Shown here in pieces: positions 10,614 through 22,800 of a stretch of DNA of 64,000 nucleotides; position 1 is the stretch's first letter; every line of letters begins with the position of its first letter. The stretch is from Neophaeotheca triangularis. Lineage: Eukaryota. The stretch is from positions 62,001 to 126,000 of the forward strand of contig BAAIJX010000023.1 of NCBI GenBank assembly GCA_054600435.1, written 5' to 3'. The notes below the pieces were generated by a model. That model was not told the origin of the DNA. It searched no databases and saw only the letters and a program-made list of their open reading frames with translations. The position numbers and the translations under genes are program-made.

Positions 10614-11007
10614 ATCCTTGGACTGTTAGTCCGTGTGCGGATCGAGTTCGAGCGATGTGAGTCGATGTGGACCATGAGGTGGGTGAGAGGATTTCTCAGC
10701 GACTGCATGTTGAAGATGGAAAGCTTTCGGCACAGGATAACTTATGCACTCAGCACTGTGTTCGTGAATGAAGTTGTATGTTTTTGAAGCTAGTAAGAGA
10801 AACGTGAATGATTAGTAGGAAGCCAGGGAATCGGCTTACTAGCTAGTACTGGCTTCATCCTACCTTACTCGGAGAAATTGCTGTCCGGAGCCTTGTGGTG
10901 AATTTCGATTCTATTAATCAACACCCATTTGACGTACCGCCATCCTCTAATCTATAGTCTTTTCAATGCTGTTGCGTCTCCGTGCTCTCAATGATGGTGA
11001 CCGGCTT

Positions 11008-11710
11008 TCAAAGGTCTTTTCGCACTGTCCATTCGTCCACTAGGCTCTGAGGGACGTCTTTCAGTAGGACATGCACGTGATCCACTCCTCGGACGGACTG
11101 CAACTTCACCCAATTCTTGAACCATAGCACCCTATCTTGACCGTGATCGAGACGATCAACGAAGAACCTTTGGACGAATGCATCAATCAATTGCCGTGAC
11201 TCTGGCGTCACATCGCCTTGGTCGTCATCGACAGGAATCGGGGTCTTGGTCCACACAATGAAATGCCTTATACCGGGCGCGAAGCCGTATGGCCAGTCAT
11301 TCTCAAGAACAGCAAAGTCTGCTTGATTTTGCAAGGGTGGAGCATCGCTATGTTGGAATTGCGGTGGCTCTCCAGGCTGCGAGATGCTGGTCCAACGGAG
11401 CCGTTCTTTGACCACAAAATTGAGAATGCTGCCATACTGCTGCTTCGTCTCGTTCGACCAGGCCAGATACCGCCACAGGTCTGAAGGGACGCGTACGAGC
11501 TCATGGAGGGCGTTCCTGGCTGGGTATCGTTCAGCCACTGCCCGTCACAGCCATGTCGGAGCAACAAGTCAAACCTATTATGATGTCCTTGAGCTGATAC
11601 CATGTGGTGCGTTGAAAGTCTTCATCCTTGGTGGCGAGAATCTCTCTATCTCTGGCGGTCAGGTGGAAGGGAGGGTCTTCCAGAGAGAATTTCTCAGGTG
11701 CGCCGTTCAT
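11008..11710 (-). CDS. GIG1: Gig1-like (DUF3605, N-acetylglucosamine-induced protein family), ~215 aa. Exons 11710-11575, 11519-11008
   Basis: Motifs 'NDWPYG...HFIVWTK', 'WFKNWVKLQSVRGVDHVHV' (HIT-like HxH). One GT-AG intron; the joined CDS is 648 nt. Confidence 0.85.
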
Positions 11711-12265
11711 GGTGCGAGTGTGTGTGGGCAGCACGTGGGACGCAGACAGCATACAGTATATTAGATTATTGTGTGCGTGGTGACTACGGGCCAGCCTGTC
11801 CTCTTCCTGCAGGGCGTCTCGTAAAAGTTGTCATGATTGATAAGTTGAAGTAAGTGGGTTGGTTACTAGTAACTATCAGATCGAATTGGAGGCGTCTGGA
11901 ATCTGGATGCTGCCAAGTGTTACAATGTACTGTACTGCCCTGGTCGTCGTCGGAAAGAATTTCCAAAAATGAGGTTGGCGGTCCCGTCCACAGAACGACC
12001 CCACGACCCCACCACAGCAGGCAAGCTTGGAGTTTGCGGCCGAAGACGGTGGTGACAGGAGTGAACAACCTCGTCTGTTGCTTTTATTAATACCGTATTA
12101 TCACCACGCGTCCCGCCGTGTGCTACCAGGTACCTCCTACACCTTGTCGTCTTCCTCCTCGTCACTTCACCGCGAACACAGGCAGAGTGCCACCGCCCTT
12201 TGCTCGAACTTGCGCGCCCGCAATCATCCACCACCACCTTCTTCTTCACCACCACCACCACCACC

Positions 12266-13346
12266 ATGTCCACCAAACACACTGCTAAGCCCACGGGCAT
12301 ATTTGCGCCGCAGTATGTTACTGGCGTCTACATTCCCTCGACTGTCATGGTCGTGGGTGCTGCCATCTTCAAGTCATCATGGATGCCTCTCGCCGTCGCT
12401 GCGGCCGCGGCATTGGGAGGCTTCCAGTTCTATTCCAACCGTACTGCCTCATCCAGCCCCAACGCTTCTGCAGAAATCCCAAACTAACCGCTACTTTACA
12501 GAAACCAAGAAAGTCCTCGATCCAACAGCCTTCCAAGAATTCCCCCTCACCGAGAAGACGATCCTTTCCCACAACACCGCAATCTACCGATTCGGTCTCC
12601 CTAGCCCAAACTCCATCCTTGGTCTGCCCATTGGCCAGCACATCTCTCTCGGTGCTACCCTACCCGTAACAGACCCTAAGACTGAAAAGACTGAGAGCAA
12701 GGAAGTCGTTCGGTCCTACACCCCAATCAGCTCAGATGTCAACCCTGGCTTCTTCGACCTTCTCATCAAATCTTACCCCACCGGCAACATCAGCAGACAC
12801 TTGGCGACTCTCAAAATCGGCGATGTCATGAAAGTCAAGGGTCCCAAGGGCGCCATGGTCTACGAGCCAAACATGGTGCGCAGGTTCGGCATGATCGCAG
12901 GTGGTACTGGTATCACTCCCATGCTCCAGATCATCAGGGCGATCATCAGAGGCAGGGCGGCTGGCGACAAGACTGAAGTCGATCTCATCTTTGCCAACGT
13001 GAACCCAGAAGATATCCTTCTCAAGGAGGACTTGGACCAGCTCGCGAAGGATGACCCCGGATTCAGGATCTACTACGTTCTGAACAACCCACCTGAGGGC
13101 TGGACTGGAGGCACTGGATTCGTTACCCCCGAGATGATGAAGGTAAGGCATTGCAAGATTTACTGCTTTGGGAACTTCGTGCTGATGATGACATAGGAAC
13201 ATTTCCCTGCCCCTGCCAGCGACGTCAAGATCCTGATCTGTGGACCTCCTCCCATGGTCAGCGCCATGAAGAAGGCCACCGAGTCGCTGGGTTACGAAAA
13301 GCCAAGACCTGTCAGCAAGCTTCAAGACCAGGTTTTCTGCTTCTAG
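12266..13346 (+). CDS. CBR1: NADH-cytochrome b5 reductase, ~321 aa. Exons 12266-12440, 12502-13142, 13197-13346
   Basis: N-terminal membrane anchor, [13 protein letters not shown] (FAD), [11 protein letters not shown] (NADH), CGPPPM, C-terminal DQVFCF. Two canonical introns. Confidence 0.95.
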
Positions 13347-13662
13347 GTGATTATGAGGCGAGCGGATGCATAAAACTTGAGCGATGGAGTTGGCAGGTGT
13401 TGAAAGAAGATATTTACGCAGCCAGATGGACTGCTGAGCGGCCCTAGGGCTGTGGAGGCTGTGACGCTCTCGAGTCCATTGTGGACAGACGACCGCACGT
13501 CTCTCTCAGCACCGGTCGTGGCGCTTGGTGCAATATGTGTAGTTTGTTTATTTGAGTATATTCAAATACCGCATTCAGACCGTCAAAAGCTCCCATGGGT
13601 ATCACTAAAATTCTTTGCCGATTGCCGTAAACTCCTCGTCGTGTGATCTTCACCAGCCCACT

Positions 13663-14427
13663 TCAAGCCGCTGCCAGCTCGGCCAACTTCTTCCTCCTCT
13701 CTTCAGCCGCTTTCTTCTCTTCCCCGATGAGATCGTCAAGCTGCCCAGCACTATTCGACAGCATGGCCAGAATCTGCTTCTCGTACTCCAGCGAAAACGC
13801 GCCTCCCGACCCATTACCTCCGGGATCCTTGTCTGGCTTCACCTCCGGCAACTGCGCAGTCGGCTCCACAGCCCCCTCAAAGACCATATCCGGCTTCTTC
13901 CCCTTGCCCCTCCCCTTCTTCACCTTGAGCCAATTGAACTGCTCCTCATTCGTCATGGTCTTGTAGAAATCCTGCGTCGGCTCGTTGAAATCTATCGTCT
14001 CCATCCTCTCTGACACAATCCTGTTCGCTTTCGTCTGCATCTCCTGCTGCTCCGGGGGGCCGTACGCGGACAGGATTAGGTAGTGTTCGCGGTAGCAAGC
14101 CTTTTCCCCAGCTTCGCCGGGGAAATACAGGCGCATTTCGACGTTGAACTCGCCGTACCCGGACTCGAGGACTTCGTAGGGGCCCGGGGCTTCCACTGTT
14201 CGCGATGGGTCGGGGTACGTGTGATGGAGTTTGAATTGCACTTTCCGCAGCCATGTCGTGATGTCGGGTCCGTTTGGCAGCGGGCGGATGTAGACTTTCC
14301 AGCCTTTGGTGTGGCCTTCGGGTGGTGATGGGAAGAGTGGGTGTGGGAGCTCGTAGGCCTCGTTGCCGATGATGAAGTTGCGCGAGATTTTCAGACCTTT
14401 CATGCGGCGGGATGCGGCGGGTGGCAT
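13663..14427 (-). CDS. YAF9: YEATS-domain protein Yaf9 (NuA4/SWR1 subunit), 254 aa
   Basis: YEATS motifs 'GHTKGWKVY', 'KVQFKLHHTY', 'PYEVLESGYGEF', and a C-terminal coiled coil. Confidence 0.88.
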   Translation of the reverse strand: MPPAASRRMKGLKISRNFIIGNEAYELPHPLFPSPPEGHTKGWKVYIRPLPNGPDITTWLRKVQFKLHHTYPDPSRTVEAPGPYEVLESGYGEFNVEMRLYFPGEAGEKACYREHYLILSAYGPPEQQEMQTKANRIVSERMETIDFNEPTQDFYKTMTNEEQFNWLKVKKGRGKGKKPDMVFEGAVEPTAQLPEVKPDKDPGGNGSGGAFSLEYEKQILAMLSNSAGQLDDLIGEEKKAAEERRKKLAELAAA

Positions 14428-15075
14428 GTTGGGCTGTTGCGCGATGCGCGTGTTGTAATGGTCTCGTTGGTGTGGTTGTAGATGTCGTGGTTCACGCTTG
14501 ACAGAGACGTTGGCGGTCGCGTTCGCAACGCAAACTCTGACCCTGACGAGTGGTTGGCTTCACCTTTGCTGAAGGGACTCGACACTGGTGATGTTGTCGG
14601 TATATCTTCTTCTTGTCTTCAAGGTTGCAATTGGTTGCGTTATGCCGTCCTGATATCACTGTATATCGCTGGCAGGTTTCTGGGCCCGGAAGGGGTTGAA
14701 CTGCGTTCATATCTTGCTTTGGCATTCATCTACGACACTGGGCTTGCCATTGGGGATTTCCTCTCCTCGCCAATATCAACCCGTAGTGCCTACATACTGT
14801 AGTGGGTATGCATGGATGGACATGCCAGGCAGACAACGGTCCACGGCGACTTCCAAGTACTCGCTAATCGCGGTGGCTTCCTTACTTAAATATCCTATGC
14901 TACGACTCAAGGTAGGTGGCCTCGTGAAGGCGCTTCCTTGCCTACACAGCTATCACGTTGTTTCCCTCGTTCCACCAACAGGGCATGATACGGGGCGCAT
15001 TTCATACCAAAGAACGATCAATCGCTCGACACAAGGATTTCGTCTCTCCATTGACAACCGCATCGTGTATCGAAT

Positions 15076-18000
15076 ATGCTATCACGCTCGAACAGCAACG
15101 CCGCCGAACGCTTGAGGAGGGCCAAGTCAACCTCTTCAGCATACAGCAATGCTTCGGGGCACCAGAGATCATGCACCACGATCGATCCATTCATAACGAG
15201 GAGAGATGCAGAAGTGGCCGCTCTCGAGGCCTACCACCGGGCGAGGCAAAACGAGCAATCTGCATATCAAGACCCTAGACCAGTGCCTCCGAAGCTTCAG
15301 CGCAGACGGAGTCAGGCGACCAGAAGGTCTGAAGGGAGCCATTTTGAGGACGCGAGGCTAGGCCATCGCACGTCCCTGAAGAGAAAAGACTCCAAGGCCA
15401 AGACAAGACCCGCGCAACGCCAGGAGAGACAGGAGAAGTCACGGCATAGTGCTGTTGAACCGGCGGAGAAGGGCGACGGGCGGATCGTTACCAAAAAGCG
15501 ATCAGTTATACCTCCGGCATCAAGTAGCGGGTTTAAACCACAGCAAGATCAGCTGGCCGCTACGGCTCGACCCAGCATCCGGAGATCGCAGGCTTCCTAC
15601 ACCGATGGCAGTCCCACGCCGCGCTACGCTTCGAGTCTGCAGCAGCATAGCTCGACACTGCAACTCGATACACAGCGCCGAGCGAGAGACGATGGTTACG
15701 GTGGTAATCTTGAACAGCTCTCAGACTTCGGTTCGGCGAACGATCCTAGCCGATCAGAAGCGTTGACGCAGCTACCCGATCGAACACTGCAACGGGATGA
15801 AGACGCCATTGCTGCCGCTAGGGACCAATGCCTAAGGGACTTTAACGCGAAAAAGCTCAATAAACGAAAGTCTTTCCTCAAACTAACGTTCCCAAAGAAG
15901 CGTGCAACGACGATTCACCAGAACAGCACGTCTTCATATGATAGCGGTCTACCTCCATTCAATTTCGCCGGTGACGGAACAGCTCCTTCTCCCCCACCAC
16001 CACCAGAGCCTCCGTTTCCACCCCCTGCTGTGCCGGTGACGAAAGCAAAAAGTCGTGTGTTCTCCGATTCGTTCAAGGGTCGCTTCAAGAATGTGTTTCG
16101 GAAGGCCTCGCGAAGCTCCAGTGGACACCCTGCTCAACATCTTGAGGCCATGAACTATCATCGTACGCTGTTAGATCGATCGCCTCCTGTGGGATTTGGA
16201 TCAACCGAAGAGCCAGGTGGTGAGGCGTTTACCTCTTTTGATATGACTCATCGTAACGGCGCCGATCGGACTACTTCGCCCAATGTGGAGGTCGTCACCA
16301 AAGATCAAGGTAATACCGACGACGACGACGACGAGACAGCCAAATCTAGGGTCACGAGCTGGACTACCTCCACTGCAGCTGGCACTCTAAACGGGAGAAA
16401 TCCTGAAATTGACCGCGAAGGAGCCAGCGCAACGGGTAAGCTCCAACGATCTGGTAGCATGTCTACCCTCAAGCGTCAAACATCCTCCTTGTTCGGCCGA
16501 GCTATGCACAATCCTCTTCGTAGGCCAAGTCGACAAGCCCTTCAGAGCTCCGAAGAGAGCGAAAAGTTGTTCTCTGCCTTGCAGCGACGAATCAATGTGC
16601 CGAGCTCACCAGAGGATACAAGCCTGAATGTGCTAGTCAATGGCAGCCCGGCACCGAAAAGCTTTCCCGCAATATCGACTCTACCATCCCAGCAACGTCA
16701 GCCTATGGGTATGTCTGGCGCCCTCCAGAGAGCTGCTTCAACCATTCGATCGGTATCACCAGACCCAAATGCATACAAGCTTGATGTCATGTCGCCGGTG
16801 ACCGAAGCGATGAGCCCTGCGAACGAGTACCAGCCTCGAGCCTCCCCTGGCGAGCAAAGACCTACCGGCCCACCCATCTTTGGATCGAGCACTCGTCGCC
16901 AAGGCACAAGCGCTCGATACTCGAAAAGTCAGCTTGCGCAACGACTCGAAAGGACCAAGAATAGGTGGCAATCGCCTCTGGACGAAATATCGCCTCACCC
17001 TATGCGATCCGCCACGATATATGACAATCCTTACGAGATGAGGTCGCTCAGTCGGAACCTGCTAAATGAAAGCCAACCACCAAGAGGAAACGATCTCCCG
17101 CACCACGCTCGAGTCGGTGAGAACCCTCGCATGAACAGAGAGGCAGTCGTGTCACCAAGCGTGTATTCGCAGGCAACGAATGCAGCGCCGTCCAGACCCG
17201 ACACCCCTGGCTCAATGGGCGGTACGGTGATTACGATCACTGGCCGAGAAATCAAGCGGTATTCTATTTCGCCTCAGAAGCAGCCAGAGCACGCGGAAGA
17301 CAGACCGATTCATGCAAGTGGAGACTGGCGCAAATGGCTTTCTGAAGAGATGCTTTTTCCAGACTCGCCGGCGCCAGATGGGTTTTCGCTTCCCAGTGAC
17401 ATCGAGAGGCGCCCTAACAGAGGTTCTTCTACTCAAGAACCTTCATCTGACCCTGCAGATGATGCATCTCGTCGGCCCTCGAAGTCGTCGGCACCCACGC
17501 AGGATAAGGGAAGAAGGACAAGTTCCAGCAAGCCACCAACTGTGAGGAGTAGAAGAAGCTCAAGCTACATGAATGAACGTTATCCAATGGTCGACTCCAG
17601 CCGGAACTCCAGCAACCAGATTCTACAAGCAGCTTGCCCTACCGTGATCGCTGTCGACCCGCCAGCCAACCTTAATGAACAACCCACGATCAAAGTAACA
17701 CCCAGCACCCCTAGCGTTTCCGGTAAGCCAGTTGGCTGTAGGAAAGAAGAAGACCAGCACACGAGCATAGCAAAACCTATAGCCAAGCATCACTCTATGG
17801 CACAGATGAGGACCAAGGACCCTCTCCCTGCCCAAACGCTCGCCGTCCGCGATAAGCTACAAACCTCATCCGAAGACAACGCCATGGTCAACGCAGCTGT
17901 CATCTCCTCATACGCCGCCGACCCCGACCCTACCAACCGCCAACCAACCAAACCCAACCGCCCCAAATCCGCTTTCGACCTCCGAGCCAACTACAAAAAC

Positions 18001-18429
18001 AGCCTCACCCGCACGAGCCGACCACTCGAAGTCCGTCGCAAAGCCCAAACCACCACCGCAGAACCGAGCACCGAATTTCTCGACGACAGCACCGTCCTCG
18101 AGATCACCGCCGGTCCCTACGCCTCCCCCTTGGCTCAAGCAAGCAACAAAGAAAACCACCAACCGCAACAGCAATCCTCCGACGACGCTCTGCCTTCGCT
18201 CTCCAGCTCGGAGTGGCTGGGCGGTGGACCGCGTAGCAAGCGCGATCTCGGTAAGATTGATAGTGCGGTGGGCGTGCCGCTGAGGTCGACGAGGCATTCG
18301 CCCAGTAGGTCTACGACGTATTACAGTGCTGAGAGTGGGGGTGGGGGAAAGGGGAGCCCCGGGCAGCAGATGGCGAGTCGGTTTTTGAGTGGCAGGGCGA
18401 GTAAAGAGGGCACGCCTGCTTTTGTATGA
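15076..18429 (+). CDS. Large disordered Ser/Pro/Arg-rich hypothetical protein, 1117 aa
   Basis: Uninterrupted 3.35-kb ATG ORF, low-complexity. Short conserved-looking islands (RLRRAKS, SRVTSWT, SPSVYS, WRKWLS). No catalytic domain seen. Confidence 0.8.
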   Translation: MLSRSNSNAAERLRRAKSTSSAYSNASGHQRSCTTIDPFITRRDAEVAALEAYHRARQNEQSAYQDPRPVPPKLQRRRSQATRRSEGSHFEDARLGHRTSLKRKDSKAKTRPAQRQERQEKSRHSAVEPAEKGDGRIVTKKRSVIPPASSSGFKPQQDQLAATARPSIRRSQASYTDGSPTPRYASSLQQHSSTLQLDTQRRARDDGYGGNLEQLSDFGSANDPSRSEALTQLPDRTLQRDEDAIAAARDQCLRDFNAKKLNKRKSFLKLTFPKKRATTIHQNSTSSYDSGLPPFNFAGDGTAPSPPPPPEPPFPPPAVPVTKAKSRVFSDSFKGRFKNVFRKASRSSSGHPAQHLEAMNYHRTLLDRSPPVGFGSTEEPGGEAFTSFDMTHRNGADRTTSPNVEVVTKDQGNTDDDDDETAKSRVTSWTTSTAAGTLNGRNPEIDREGASATGKLQRSGSMSTLKRQTSSLFGRAMHNPLRRPSRQALQSSEESEKLFSALQRRINVPSSPEDTSLNVLVNGSPAPKSFPAISTLPSQQRQPMGMSGALQRAASTIRSVSPDPNAYKLDVMSPVTEAMSPANEYQPRASPGEQRPTGPPIFGSSTRRQGTSARYSKSQLAQRLERTKNRWQSPLDEISPHPMRSATIYDNPYEMRSLSRNLLNESQPPRGNDLPHHARVGENPRMNREAVVSPSVYSQATNAAPSRPDTPGSMGGTVITITGREIKRYSISPQKQPEHAEDRPIHASGDWRKWLSEEMLFPDSPAPDGFSLPSDIERRPNRGSSTQEPSSDPADDASRRPSKSSAPTQDKGRRTSSSKPPTVRSRRSSSYMNERYPMVDSSRNSSNQILQAACPTVIAVDPPANLNEQPTIKVTPSTPSVSGKPVGCRKEEDQHTSIAKPIAKHHSMAQMRTKDPLPAQTLAVRDKLQTSSEDNAMVNAAVISSYAADPDPTNRQPTKPNRPKSAFDLRANYKNSLTRTSRPLEVRRKAQTTTAEPSTEFLDDSTVLEITAGPYASPLAQASNKENHQPQQQSSDDALPSLSSSEWLGGGPRSKRDLGKIDSAVGVPLRSTRHSPSRSTTYYSAESGGGGKGSPGQQMASRFLSGRASKEGTPAFV

Positions 18430-19344
18430 GGTGGGTTGGTGCAGCGTAGTTCAGTCAGTCGGTCAGTGGGGTTGCTGGTAGTCTTAGGTAGCATTGTTAT
18501 TCAAAGGTGTGCAGGTTCGAAATCGATAGTTTTCTACAGGTTTTCTAAAGGTTGCTGTAGAAGTCTTCCCCGCCTTTGTCTAGTCAGTGACATACATCGT
18601 GAACAACATGGAAGGTCTGTTCCGCGGACGGGAGTATGTCAAAGCTCTCGCCAAACTGTAGCGACACAGCGCATGCTTCTAGTTCCGACAAAGCTCCTCA
18701 TTAACTCTGCAAACACTTTCACGGGATTAAAGGAGGGAGGATATGATCTCTCTACCTCCATGGGTCAGTCTACACCCAAATGAGCAATCTGACTGGCTAA
18801 ACGCACCTTCAGCGAGCTCCTGTGCTCTCTAGCCACATCACCCTTTACTTTGACCAATTGCGTCAACAAAAATCGACTTAAATAATTCAGAGGACCAGGT
18901 GTAACCCCTATATGCACAGCACGCGTCCAAAGTGTCGTACGCGGCCAAAACCCAACCAAGTCTTGGAGTCGACCCAAAACCGCGCACCAAACTTGAGAAT
19001 GTGGCACAATCCACAAGGGCAGAGAGAGGTTATAATTTCCCGCGCTTCAACCAAAGACCACACTTGGAGTGGCCTCGTCCATCCAAAGCGGTGACCTTGC
19101 CTGCTTCGAGGTGTTCGTTCCAATTATATAACCCCTGGCTGGCTTCTACCCGACTTTGCGCAGTAGCTCTGGCGGTGGTGCGTGCAAAGGTATGGGCGAA
19201 TCTGAGGCTTTCAGCCACCGACCGTCCTGGGCATTGCTGGAAGGAACTATGGAACGGGGATTGATGGGTAGTGGACTGCTTTTCGAGATCGCTGGGCTGG
19301 CCGTTAGGGGGCACGGCGACCGAGAGCGATTTTTTGTGAAGAGA

Positions 19345-19362
19345 GGAGAGAGAGAGAGAGAG
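19345..19362. repeat. (GA)n microsatellite
   Basis: gagagagagagagagaga run. Confidence 0.8.
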
Positions 19363-19805
19363 AAGTACGTTGGTTGGTCTAGAAGGATCGACTGTTGTTC
19401 AGTGAACTTGGGGGTAATGGACTCTGCGTTCTCAAACGGTCCCCGGCCTTGTCTACAAATTTCGGCGGACTGGCGATAGGGTTGCAGGCGCTGGTGTTGG
19501 GTAAGAGGCTCTCTAATGCAGAAGTGAGTGAGTTGGTAGGGTGAGAAGCGTAGACAATGGCCGGTGACGCTTTTGGTCTCGCTGGTTTTGCCTGCGAGTA
19601 CAGTTTCTCGGCGGAAGCTGGCTAGTCTAGCCTTTACACCATTGCTACCGTGTTAGTAAAATGTACTAATAGTCCTTCCACCGCCAGTGACAATGGGCAT
19701 AGTAAGCCGGTAGACGGAAAAGTCGGAGGCTCGGGGCATAGCAAAAGATACTGGCATAGACTACTAGAATATCAAACGTTTATTCGCGCTCATTGATCCC
19801 TCCCT

Positions 19806-22800
19806 TTAAAGCTGGAGCGAACAGGGACCCGTAAGCGGCAAATCGCAAAGAACCCCTTCGCCATCACCCTGCCCACCAAGCACGACCACGCTCTCAATAG
19901 CCACACCAGCATCGTATCCGAAGTCGCCGCTCATGCTGAACCTGCCCTGTCCATACGAGAAGTGAATGTAGCTAGTAGCGGCCTGCTCGATACTAACACC
20001 GTCATCGAGATAGAGGTCACCGCTCGCAGTGCCATCGAGACCAGGAGCGACGATGATAGTGAAGGGCTGATTGCGGAGCTCGGTAGTGGTGTTAGCGGAT
20101 TGCGAGCGCTGAGCGACGATGCTGCCGCCTTTGTAGAACAGTGGGATACTCGTGAAGGGCACGTCGTCGAGTTGGAGCATCTCGCCGGTGCCGCGGATGG
20201 CCTCGTGGGTGTAGAAGTCGTAGAAGATGTCGTCGGGAAGATAGACTTGCGAGGAGGTGGCGTTCTCGGCGGTCACGGGGGCTACGAGAATGCTCGGACC
20301 GTAGAAGTATTGGTAGGCGAGGCTGTTGACTTGCGGGTCGTTAGGGTAGGCGAAGAACATGGGGGAGACGACTGGGGTGCCGGTTTCGTGTTGGTCGTTC
20401 ATAGCCGTGTAGATGTAGTCGAGGAGGCGGTAGCGGATGTCGATTGCGTTGCGAGCGGCTTCGGCTACGACTGGCCAGAGGTAGAACTCTTGCGAGGCTG
20501 CCGAGTCGGCGTTGTGGTTGCGGTAGAAGGTTTGGAAGGCCCCTGTGGAAAGAGGGTTAGCCTGACGAGCTCTCTGAGGCCACCCAAGGTCTTGTTAGGT
20601 ACTTACCGAGCATTGCCCACCGAGCGCAAAGATTGGGAGTGGTGTCCCCCACAAAGCCGCAAACATCGCTTCCGACCATTGAAGTTTGGAAAAGCGATCC
20701 AAATTGCAACAGGGTGGATATCGACAGCAGGTATTGGGCATAGCTAGACACATTATCTCCTCCCCACTTTCCGACTTGACGACCAGAGCCTGCGAAGTTA
20801 GAGCGAGTGATGACCAAGGGGCGCAACTCAGGGCGTCGGTTTAGCATAGCTAGCCGACTGGATTCCGACATCATGGACCCGTACTATTTTCAGGTCAGCG
20901 ACAATGTGGCTTTCCGCCTCAGCACCAGACAGCACTTACCAGGTTATGTAGATCGTACTCGGCCATCCCGTTGGCATGAGTAAGGTTAGTCCTGAGGGTG
21001 TGGTTGCTCAAGCTGCCCTCCTCGTTATCAATCGTGTATTGCGGGTTGATGAGGTCACGCCCAGGCAAGCCCAACATATTGCCGGGAGCCTGAGATTGAC
21101 GCTTCTCGACGATCGAGATGCGCGAGTCCAGACTGCGGCTCTTGAGTCTAGACGGTGGTGTACCTTGCTCAGAAGTGATGGTGTCGTCCGTGCTACTGGT
21201 GCTTCCGCAGTCGCCGGTCGTGATGGTGCGGTTTGCGTCTTCCTCATAGATGTAGCTACCGTCGGGCTGGAAACGGAGGTAAGAGTATGTTACTTCGGTG
21301 TTTGCGGGCATGTCGATGGCTGCACTCCAGATGGGGTAGTTGTCAGGGCTCAGGGGTGGGGCTTGGAATTCGTCGAAGTTGCCAAGCGTTATTGCGGATC
21401 CGTACACGCCAATGTTCTCGCCGAAGAAGGTTTGGGCTTCGACGTTGAAAGTCACGACTGATTTGCATTGAGGCTGGAAGTCTTCCGAAAAGCCGGGAAT
21501 TGGTCTCGGGCTACCAAGTCGCACAGGCGGCGGACGTGGAGGGTTGCCATCAGTCTCCTCCTCTGGATTCTGGCACGGGTAGTCACAGAAGTTGCTGGCC
21601 TCTGTTTGATGCGATTGTTAGCCGTGATACAAACACTTTCAGTCGTGGTAGCACGTACCGTTCATATCAATCCACAGCCCATCAATGTCAATACCCGTCT
21701 CTGGGTTGAAAAACGTCTCGAACTCGGAGTTCCAGTACTGCTGCGTCCCGGCGGCGAACCAGTCGGGGAACACAGTCACGCCAGGCCATACAACGCCCTC
21801 GTAGAGGGAACCGTCCTCTTCCTTGAGGAAAGCATCGGCCTCAATTCCATTACCGTACGCCGGGTTGGCAGGATCAAGGTCAGCAGCGACGGCGGGATCG
21901 ACCATAACGATCTGAGCTCAGGGTCAGTAAGTCAAGATTAGCGAGGTGAATCGTAAGTACTTACATAGTGCTGCTGGTTGTTGTGCAGGTAATCAACAAC
22001 CTCCTGCATCAAATTGACCGGGTAGCGCAGCGGGTCAGTTGTGAAGATACGGCGACGGTCCATGTAATCGATATCAGTCCACATCGTCTCCAAAGGAATC
22101 CCAGCAGCAGAGTAATTGGCAATAACCTCAGCCACATTGTAGATATCCCGGTACCCGTAGCGGCATTGGTGGAAACCCAGACCCCAGTAAGGGAACATGG
22201 CGCTCTTGCCTACGACCTCGCTGTACTGCTGAGCGGCTTCGACGGGTGTGGGTCCCGCCATGAAGTAGAAGTCGAAAACGCCGCCGACGGTGTTGTATTC
22301 AAGGTACTGGCCGTTTTCCTGGTCGATGTTGATGTCCATGCCGTTGCTGTTCAGCAAGAAGACGGCGTGGGTGCCGCTCTCACGGTGGTCGTAGTAGACC
22401 GGGTGGGAAGCATAGAGATTGGTGCCAGGGGGGATGCCATAAGCATCACGGTTCCAGAGAGTGCGAGTGTAGTCGGTGGTATTGAGCATGCTGGGGTGGC
22501 GTCAGTGAAGCTTCTCGGCGAGGAATAATTACAACAGGACTTACAAAGGGTCAGTGTGTTCGCCTAGACCGTACAGACTGGGACTCTCAGGCAAGCTAGT
22601 CCTCAGTCTCAAGTACTGAGATTCGAAGACCAGGGACGCCGCAGAAGTGTCGAACAGGACTTCGCCAGACTGGCTACGACGGATAGAGAAGCTGAAGGGG
22701 CTGGTCTCGTAATGAAACTCGATCTCGTGCTGAGGCTGCTGAGGCTTGCCATGGGGACCTTTTCCATGGTGGCCCTTTCCAGGACGTCCCCATCCGGGTC

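Noticed and set aside
12027..12500. N-terminal extension of CBR1 in the ORF track
   Set aside because: Artefact of reading through intron 1; the true ATG is at 12266 in another frame.
13344..13376. Stop-codon readthrough to a peroxisomal signal in CBR1
   Set aside because: The stop is TAG GTG, not TGA CTA, and the extension does not end in an SKL-like tripeptide.
18700..19400. Cluster of short ORFs, possible transposon relic
   Set aside because: No terminal repeats, target-site duplication or transposase/RT motifs recognised.
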